Positions 12,128 through 22,046 of a DNA stretch of 64,000 nucleotides are shown piece by piece. Source of the DNA: Selaginella moellendorffii (Eukaryota > Plantae > Lycopodiophyta). Positions within the stretch are counted from its first letter, which is position 1. Each line of letters starts with the position of its first letter. The notes beneath the pieces were generated by a model. It saw only the letters and a list, made by a program, of their open reading frames with translations, had not been told where the DNA came from and did no database searches. Made by a program: the position numbers and the translations under genes. The stretch spans positions 1,735,718 through 1,799,717 of the forward strand of contig NW_003314286.1 in the NCBI RefSeq assembly GCF_000143415.4, read 5' to 3'.

Positions 12128-15100
12128 AGGGGTTGTTCCAAAAGTATAATAGGGTTAGTGAGGCTAAGGCTAAAGACTTAGTTTTAAAGGGACTTTTTAA
12201 TAATACTTCTAAACTAAGTTGAGATTAGAATTGGGGCATTAGTGGTTTTCGGTGGAAGTGAAATTGATTGCAATGTTTTTTACTTATGTCGAGTTGTGCC
12301 CCACTTGAGTATCATATGGCTTGTTAATCCTCGCTCCTTCTTAGAGGTTTGGGCCTTCCCATTGGGATGAAAATGGGGGAGTAGGGGTATCTATATTAGG
12401 TTGTTAAGTTATAGTGTTTTCTCTTAATGTTTTGAAGTAAAAGATGCACTCAAGGCTTGGGATTTAGAGGGTCCTATAATCAAGTTTTAAATGTAAAAAA
12501 TTTGGAGGTTTGGTGTACTTGGTTGCATATACTTATAAAAAGTGTAGCCAAACCTTAAGTTTAATTTAACCTAGGAAAGGGGATTGGGAGAAAATTTGGG
12601 AATCTATGGATAAATAGTTAACACCCCATTATTTATGTAATGAATAATTGAATCTAAGTAAGTCCAAGTAGAAGTTGATACAATAGGCAAAAACCTTGCC
12701 AAAGGAATTTAACTGAAGCCAAGGTAAAGGTGGTGGGGTAAACGAGATAAATTGGTAAATTAGAAAAGAAAAACTTATTAATTACAATTTGGTATTAGAG
12801 CCTTTTTCTCAGTGCTAGCAAAGGATAAAAGTAGATTATTGGGAGATGGCTAAAGTAGGGCATAAAAGAACCAAAGCAGAAATGGATCCTCCTTTAAAGA
12901 TGAAACCTTTAATCAAATAAAAAGTTGTGGATAAGGATTCTCTTTATAAGGAATACTCTAGTGAAGAAACTTCCAAACAGAAGTCTAATGGTGAAATTTG
13001 GTCATCCAAGGCTCAATTGGACACTCTAATTTGATAAGTGGTATAAACTAATATCTTGCTAAAGACCCTTATACGTAAGCTAAAGCGTGGTGAGAAGTAA
13101 AGAAAAAAATAAAAAATTGTAGATGTTAACAGTGTAGAAGGTATAGACACTTTGGTAGGAATTGCAATAAGACTAGACAACATTAAACAAACCAAAGTAG
13201 AGTCAATCCTCTAAGCAATTTAAAAGTATAAACCAAAGCTTCCATCAATCTTCAAAGGAGTGAATGACTATAAAATGGTGGAGGATTGGTTTTATAATAT
13301 GGAGGATTACTTCTGAGCATTGTAATTACCAAGCTCAAAAAAGGTCTCATATACAAAATCATACTTAGTAGATAATGTTAGGTTTTGATGGAAAATGACA
13401 AAAACTAATGAAGGATTGATGGTTACTTGGGAAGTGAGGAAAATAAGGATCTACACAACTTATATTCTCCTGAATGCTATTTTGCACCTAAGGGATGAGT
13501 TAAGTAGGTTAAATTAGATAGGAACCATTCAAGAGTATGTAAAAGTGTTTATGGCCAAAAAGATCTTTGTCACAAATATGGGCAACATGGATGTGTTCCA
13601 TGCCTTTATATCAAACTTGTAGACTTGGGTTTGGGGCAAGGTGATACACTAAAACCTGACCAATTATAAATAAGTATTAGACGCAACTATCAAGGTGTAT
13701 TTCAATAATAACCTATGAAAAGGGAATATGACAGGGTCTAGATTCATATTTAGCAAGGGAGCTAAACCAAAAGGGACATATAGAAAAGGGAAATTCGTGA
13801 AGAGTTACTTTAAGAATGAATTATTAAGGTTATGAAAAGGTAGATCTAGTGGCTCAAGAGCAAATAAGTGGGGGAGTTAAGTAAAAAAGAATAAATTCAA
13901 TGATAAGAAAATTATGTTTACTAATAGTGTGGGGAATAATGTATGCTACAATTGTGGTGAAGTGAGACACTTTTAAAAGAATGTTCCTACTTGAAGAAGG
14001 CTAAAGTTAATATAACTATTAAGTTAAGTGAAATCTAAAGTAAGGTATGTAATCCATTCCTTAACTCAAAATTCCTCATCACTGATGCAGAGAGTGAGTC
14101 ATTTGTGACATCTACTACCCCTTTGAGGGAAGATCAAAGATAACTTTATTAAAATCTTTATTGATATGAGTGTTTCAGATAATTTTGTGATTGGAGATAT
14201 GTAAGTAACCAAAGAGAATGATTTGAGAAATAATTTATAAAGGTTCAAATATAAAGGGAAAATGCCTATAAACAAGAGTGCACTCGTTTTTCCAATCGAT
14301 TATAAATATCTTTGGGTTTGAATAATATTAGGTTAGGTGACCTCACAAGAAGTCTAAATTCAAGAGTTTACATTTGGTATTAAAAAAGTATTAGGTCCAA
14401 CTTTATTAGTTAGTGTGAGATACAAATCCTTAAGCCCCAAAGTGGAGCAGAAAGGGTGCGACATAAACAAAAGTCTAACAAGTGTAACATGTTTGGACCA
14501 AAAGCTTCAAATTGGAAAATCGAGAGTGGGAGTAGAACTCCAAATAAAGTGCTCGAGGAATGAGCATAAAGCAATTGGTGAATAAATCTCTAAAAAGGGA
14601 CCGAAGAAGGACTGACACATGACAAGTGTTCTGACATATGGAAATGTTAGGAATGAGTTTGAGATTGAATCTGAGAAGGAACTTGAGATGGAGTTCGAGA
14701 TGAGTCTGAAATAGAGTTCAATATGGACTCGAGATGGACACAAAATGGAGTCCAAGATGGAGTCCTATATAAATATGAGATGGACCTAAGATGGGCCTGA
14801 GATAGAATCTAAGATGGACTTGAGATGGAGTCTGAGATGGACCTGAGATGAAGTTCGAGGTCGAGGCTAAAAAGGAGACGAAGATTGAGATCGAGACTGA
14901 GACTAAGAACTTGAGAGAAGCATATTAAATTATAAGTAACTAAAGGGAATAACTCAAGAAATAATCCATAAGGGTTCAAATATAAAAACAAAGAGCCTAT
15001 AAATAATAGTGCACCCCCTTTTTTCAATCAGTTAAGGGTCTTGAGATACTTGGGGTTAAGTATTCAAATTCAAGAGATAAAATATAATTTAGCAAGACAA

Positions 15101-16002
15101 ACTAATGATGCAGTGGTTGGGGGAATCAAGGACTATAAAGTTTTTTCAACACAGTTAAAGCACCAATAAAGTATTTTGACAAATAAGAGTCGAAGTACAA
15201 ATATAGAAAATGGATATAAATTTCACCATTTTGGACATGGCAAGATTTGATATAATCTTTGGGATGGATTGGTTCAATTAGTTTATAATAACTTTATGTA
15301 AATAAGGTAGAAATCTAGTGATATTGGTGAATACCTAAGGAGAATGATCTAGGGTGCAATATAAGGCTAAAGCTTCTATTTGAACTTGGTGTCCATGAAA
15401 AGACAACTCACTAAAAGAATTAAAGTAATATTTTTGTGCTTACTTTCAATGGGGAATGACAAAAAGGTGACAATAGAAAAAGTGCCTTTAGTGATTTAGT
15501 AAATGTTAGCCCAATTTTGAAATACCATACCAAATAAATTACTAGTGGGGTTACCTTCTACTTGACCGATAGAACATAAGATTGAGTTAATCAAAAGTGC
15601 TAAAATAATGGTTCATCCCCCTTATTAGTTGAATAAAAAGGAACTCAAGAAGCTCAAATGCTAACTTGAGGAGTTGGTTGATAAAGGGTATGTTAAATTG
15701 AGCAAGTTGCTATATGGGGCATTAGTGTTATTTGTGAAAAAGAAAGACAGCTTTATGCGTATGTGCATAAATTATTGATTGCTCAACAAGTATACATAGA
15801 AGAATAAATACCTATTTCCAAGGATTGAGGGCCTATTTGATAGATTGGGAAAGGCAAAATACTTCTCAAAAATTGACCTAAAGTTAAGATACTACTAAAT
15901 TAGGGTAGCAGAGGAAGATGTCAAGAAGACAATTTGTTAGATAAAGTATAGGAGCTTTGAGTTCCTAGTGATGATTTTTGGGTTGTACAATGCGCCGGCA
16001 AC
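12128..16002 (+). mobile_element. Degenerate truncated Ty3/gypsy relative of element A (partial 5' LTR, PBS, gag, PR, start of RT)
   Basis: The LTR aligns to the reverse complement of 20491-21230 and ends ATTACA at ~12786. PBS TGGTATTAGAGC follows. gag begins at ~12846 (homolog of MARAGRKQ), and RT runs to ..NAPAT at ~16002. There are many stops from C>T and G>A changes. Confidence 0.85.
14200..15081 (+). mobile_element. Degenerate Cassandra-type TRIM nested in the gypsy protease, itself interrupted by a family-B LTR fragment (~14414-14915)
   Basis: LTR1 TGTAAGTAACC..GAGTTTACA (14200-14372) is followed by a TTTGGTATT PBS. LTR2 spans ~14931-15081. Both are homologous to 49728-50310. The protease reading resumes after 15082, and the TSD is eroded (agata/atata). 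Confidence 0.75.
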
Positions 16003-17429
16003 ACCCAAACACACAAGAACCCTTCAAAGAGTGTAAAGTGTACCTCTACTACTGATGCCAAATGCTAGTAACTACATGAAATAATAGAAACTTTGGAAAA
16101 CAAAGTGGGAAAAGAAAGAAAAGGAATAAATGTGAAGCTTGAAGATAGGCCAATGGGAAACTTTATAGTCAGATTAAACCTTGATGTGAAAAAAAATGAA
16201 AAAATGTGTGGAAAAAGAAGAAAAATAAAAGAAAAAGAGTGAGTACTTAAAGAACTTAACTTGTACTTAGATTTCGGCTCAATAAAATGTAATATGCAAA
16301 TGCAGCCTCGTGATGACTTTAGATATGCTCCAAAAATTGGTTGAAATCAAGAAAAAAAAAGAGATAGAAGAGGGGATGCATTGCCTAATATGGTAAGTGT
16401 GGAAATGATGAAAGATGGGGTGATATGGTGGAGTGTTGAGATGGTGGTAGCACTTTGAAAAGGTGGTTGTCTCTAAAAGTTCCAAGCCTATGGTATGATA
16501 TGTCAGACGAAAAAAAAATTGTAGTTGAAATAGATGGCATAGTTGCTTGATTGCTGGTAAAGGGAGGTGGCATGTGTCCACTGAGTGTTGGAGCAAGAGA
16601 AAGTGGCTTTGGCTTTTGTGGCCTTGCCTAGGGATTCATCTAGGTGCCTTGAGTGAACAGGTTCACCTGGTTGGAAGAAAGTCACTCTAGAAAAGCTAGC
16701 ATATCATCAATAAATAGTTGCAATGGTATTTCAAAAATAGCACATCTAAATTGGATTTTCCTTATAAATATAATTACATCAATTTAGTTCATGAGGAGAT
16801 CTTTTTCCATATTAGCTCAAGTCACAATGCTCGATTACGAAAAAATGCTATAGCATGGGCTTACTATTAAGTTGAAGTAATGTCTTTTGTTGCTAGTGTG
16901 TGTATGTGTGTCTATGGCATGGTGTAAATATGATCTCAAATGAAGATGTGGATAATGGTGAAAGAATGAAAGATGCAAAATAGGCATTTAAAAGTAAGTG
17001 TGGGCAATGTTATTAGAAGTGATTTATGATGGATCTGTGAGTATAGATGATATGGAATGGGTGTGGGGAATGCGTGGGGTAAAGTAATGGTAAGGGAAGG
17101 GCTAAAAAACCTAGAACCTAACCTAACCCAAGTGAAGAACTTCCATACAAATGGCAATGCAGCCTAAGCATGAAATCCAAGGCAAGAGCCATGGTCTAAT
17201 AGAGAAACCCTTTAGAAATAAGAAAAGAAATTGTGAAAATAAAATGAAAGAAAGGAAGTAAATGAAAAATAAAAGAAAAGGAACACCTCACCGGATGAAA
17301 TGTTTGAGGTGAGAGAATGGAATTGTGGAGATGGATATCTTGAAGGACGTTTAAAAGGGGCACAATGCCATAAGCAAGTACTAATATCAATGCCTCAAAT
17401 GATATTGCACAAGCTTTGAAATGAGAGGC

Positions 17430-18190
17430 AATAATGACATACTCATTGCTAATAGTCAACTTTGGAAAAAGTCTATCAGATAAAATGCTACCAACTTAAA
17501 CAAATGGAAAAATGTTAGGATAAGGGTGTAAGGAATAGGATCCTAACATTGGTACTGGAGCCTAGTTCAATTCTCGCGACTGATGAGTGGGGCAAGAATA
17601 TTCTTAAGGAATATTCAATATAGTGGAGGAATTGGTAGACCCTAAGAGAAAGACCATGGTGACCAGAGGATGGCATAAAAATAATCACAAACAATCATTC
17701 TCTCGTGAGGGGAAGATTGTTAGACACCAGGTCAAGATAATAGGATAAAGAAAAGGCTTTACAATTAAGTGATCACCCCTTTAAATAGTTAGTTTAGGGT
17801 GTAAAGGATAGGATCCTAACATTAGTATTGGAGCCTCTTGAAAAGTCTAAATTTATAAGCTTACAAGTAGTTGGAAATAATAATGACATACTTATTGATT
17901 TAGGGTGTAAGGGATAAGATCCTAACATTGGTATCAGAGCCTCCCAAAAAGTCTAAATTTATGAGCTTACAAGTAATTAAAAGTAATAATAACATACTCA
18001 TTGCCAATAGTTGACTTTGGAAAAGGCCTCATTAGATAAAATGCTACTAACTCAAATAAATGGAAAATTAAATTTATGAGCTTACAAGTAATTGAAGGCA
18101 ATAATGACATACTCATTGTCAATAGTCAACTTTGGAAAAAGCCTTATCAGATAAAATGCTACTAACTCAAATAAATGAAAAATTGCCATT
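17430..18190 (+). repeat. Tandemly duplicated LTR-end/PBS units from a decayed retroelement
   Basis: agggtgtaa..gatcctaaca-TTGGTA(T)CAGAGCC-like units at ~17522, ~17796 and ~17901. An atgacatactcattg..gataaaatgctac block repeats 3-4 times. Confidence 0.65.
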
Positions 18191-21100
18191 AACTCTAACC
18201 ATCCTTTTGCAGCACAAGGGGAGTATTATAAACTTGGCACCAAATGCAACTATGCATATACCGAGTAATGTCACTTTGTATTTCCAACTAATAGAAGATA
18301 AACTTGAGTTTATATTAACTAACATAAAGAGAATAATAGGAGATCTCTTTTTATAAAATTGAACTTGGAAAGTAAAAACTAGATAAAATTATGCTGAATA
18401 AGCCCCTTGATAGTCCTTCTGAAAGAAGAATAGAAGGATCATTGACTTATTCATGTAAGAATTCTCTACTACTTGCGTAATTCCTTGTTTCCTAGGAAAG
18501 CCTCTATGTTAAGACCTTCGACTGTAACAACACTAACAGAATGTTATTGACGCTAAAGCCTCCACCTAGGAAATGGAGGATGCTAATTCAGAAAATGCTA
18601 ACAATGTTGATGTGTAGCCAACTTCATCATATGTCTAATAACGGACATCATAGCCACAATGACATCTTTGTGTAAGCGACTAATTTTTCCATTCTACTTT
18701 AGTCACTTAACCATACCTCCGACCACTTGGAGGAGTCTCATTCACAACCTCCATAAGTCCAATTTAGGACTTGGGACTTGCTAGCCCCAAGAATGGCATC
18801 CATGCCACTCAACACTTGCACTTGGTCCAAGTGCTCCACGTGTCCGGTCCCAAGACTGACACCCAAAGATACCACTGACATATTAGCCCGTTATGCTAAG
18901 GCCATGCCCATTCACCTTTGCTGCACTAGTGGTCCAATACCACTTGCATCACAATCCCGTCTCTCCAAGACTGGGCCATCCGTCCACGAGTGGTCCACTA
19001 GATCCACTCCTTAGCATCCTTAGGATGCCCACAGACCTAGGGATAGCCTTCCCCAAAGTCCTTTTGACAGTTCCTACCAAGTCCCTTTTCTGTCAATGGC
19101 CATGTTCGCCAACACTGCCACTTGATCAAGGCCCACAGGCCCGACCACTAAGTCCCATGGTCCTCTGGGACTTCCTCACCATGTGACTGTATCCTTAGTC
19201 ACTACACTAGAGGATTGCTCTTCCTCCTTTCCCCCATTTGGGACTTAGAGACAACATTTCGGAACACCATGGGCCTACGCGAGCCCCGTGGGTACTCTCC
19301 CCACCTTCCGCCTTTAGGTGCTCTAGCCATGGGCTTAGAGCGAGGTTCCATTGAGCCACGCCTGGTATCCAAGTAGGTAGTGCCACCCACACTTGGACTG
19401 GGAGATTCGGCCAGTCGATCTCCCGGGGGAACTAGAGCCGGCTCTTGAACACTTCACCAAGCTACCCCGCTTGTCGGTCCAAGTTCACTCTAGTCTTGGA
19501 CTTCCCAGTGGTCAGTTTATCACCCAACACTGGGTCTGGCCTTCTTGGGCCAAACTGGCCTTTCCTGGCCAAACTGGCCTTTCCTGGCCAAACTGGCTCC
19601 ACTGCAGTCCTCCCCCTTACTATACTTTTGGAGCTCACCAAACCCCCCCAGGGTCTGGGAGACGAACGCTTTGGGCTTTCACCCTCTCAGACTCGGACTC
19701 GGACTCGGACTTGGACTCAAACTCGGTCTCGGCCTCCACCTTGGTCTCGGTCTCGGTTTTGACCTCGGACTCCATCTCGGTCCATCTCGGACTCCGTCTC
19801 GGTCCATCTCGGACTCCATCTTGGACTCCGTCTCGGTCCATCTCGGACTCCACCTCGGACTCCATCTCGGACTCCTCCACGTGTCATGTGTTGGTCCTTT
19901 TGGGTCCCTTTTTGGAGCCTCGCTTATTGCTCGCTTCGTGCTTGTTCCTCGAGCACTTTGTTGGGAGTTCCACTCCCGCTCTCGACCTTTCAAGTTGGAG
20001 CTTTTAGTCCAAATGTGTTACGCTCGTTTGGCTTTCGCTTCGGCCACTACCACGTGGCACCCTTTCCGGCTCCACTTTGGGGCCTAGGGATTTTGTGTCT
20101 CACAACTCCACCACCCATAGACGAAGTTCGATGTCCTCATCGAACGATAAACTATTTTATAAAGTAACACCACTACGTATTAGCCTTTCCATTTTTGGCA
20201 CCTTGCCAACATTCGTCAATGGTTTGATACCGAAGGCTCACCATGCCTTGCTCATCCTCTAAGGAGGATAGTCTCTCCAACTTAGAGACTTGATTGGATC
20301 ACTTGTGGTGGTCCTTTCTGTTTATTGGTTTAGTTCTTGCTAAACCTGTTAGAGACACTGTCTCTATCTCAATCCCACTACTCCATCTTGAATAGTCTCA
20401 GTTTTCATCAATATAACCTTTGCACTTTGGAACGTTTGCTTTTGACTTCTTGAAGTCAATTTTCCTAGGTGTCTTCGACACCTTGCATTGTGTAAGGCAC
20501 AAATTTTTCCTTTCCAATTTGCCAGCTTACCTCGTCTATCCGATCAACTCTGCCTTGGCTTGTGCTAAGTTCCCTCGCCAAGGTTCTCACCTATGGTACC
20601 AGCTCCTACTTGGTCCTACTTGGTTTCAGCTACTCACTGCACGAGCAACGGAGTGTTAGCCATCCATCTACGGATTCCCAAATCTCTCCCAATCCCCCTC
20701 CCCGGGTTAGACTGGACTTAAGGTTCGGCTACACTCCCCGCAGGCACAAGCAGCCAAGCACACCAAGCCTCCAGATTCCTAACACCCCTTGGTACCACAA
20801 GACTTGATCATGGGACCCTCTAAATCCCAAGTCTTGGGTGCAGCACTTACTTCGGGACGTCGGGGTGAAACACCATGGCCTAACGGCCCGGTATGGGTAC
20901 CTCTAGCCCCCCACTTCCATCCCGAAGGGAAGGCCTAAGCCCCTAGGAAGGGCGAGGACCAATGAGCCACAAGGTACTCAAGTGGGGCACCACTCCACAT
21001 GAGCCGGGAGCACCGCAGTCGGTTTCCCTTTTGGGAGTGGGAGCTGCTCTTGAGCACTTCCCTGGGTGGCCCCTCCGGCACCACTCAAGCCCATGCTCAC

Positions 21101-22046
21101 TCCCACCCAAGGCCCCTCGGCCCTAGTCTCAACCTCAAGGCAGTTTGGAAGCACCACTGGAGAGTTCCTTCAAGACTGGTTCCTGTACCTCACTATCCCT
21201 ACTATACTTTTGGAACCCCCTGCAGCCCCCTCCCCCCCCCCCACGGGAGATGCACACTTTGGGCTTTCACCCCTTGACTCGTATTAGTACTTGGACTTAG
21301 TCTCTAGCTCGATCTCGGACCCGATTTCAGATCCGACTTCGGATTTGGTCTCGGACTCGATCTCGGACTCGATCTTGGACCCGATCTCGGACCCGACCTC
21401 GGACTCGGTCTCGGACCCGATTTCGGATCTCGGACTCCGTCTCGAACTCGGTCTCGAACTCGGACTCGAACTCGGTCCCCGAGTCGGTCTCGAACTCGAT
21501 TCCGGACTCTATCTCGAACTCAGTCCTAGAGTCGGTCTTGGACTCGATCCTCGACTTGGTCCCATTCGATGAACTCTTTGTCATTTCGGTCAAGCTTTTG
21601 GGGATCCTTTAGCCTACGACATCTCGGGGAGTCGGTTCCTTACAACTCCACCACCCATAGAAGAAGTTCGATGCCCACATCGAACGTCTCTTTTCATCCT
21701 ACAACTTGTTGACCATGTCTCCAGGGGCATCCCCCCACTTAGCGGTGTGCCTAAGTTAGCCTCCCCGGCCAAGAGCCCATGACAATGGAATATAGGTGTC
21801 CTTATACTCCTCACCTCACCACGCCCTAGTATGGGGTCGGGACTTGAACCCAGCCTTGCTTTACTAGGGGGTTGGGACTCGAACCCAACCTCCGTAGAAT
21901 ACGTCTACGGATTCGACATCCCCGTGGGGAGTGGGGCGTAGTGCCCTACGCTGGTCGACCTATCCAACCCATGCTAATTAGCTTACCTTTGGCGCGCCTT
22001 CGGGTCCCAACATATGCCACTTGCTCAACTTTGCAAATTGATATTT

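Noticed and set aside
17430-18190. CRISPR-like repeat-spacer pattern
   Set aside because: Eukaryotic context, irregular spacing, and the repeats are LTR/PBS-derived.
21835-21890. tRNA gene
   Set aside because: Only T-arm-like hairpins; no cloverleaf seen.
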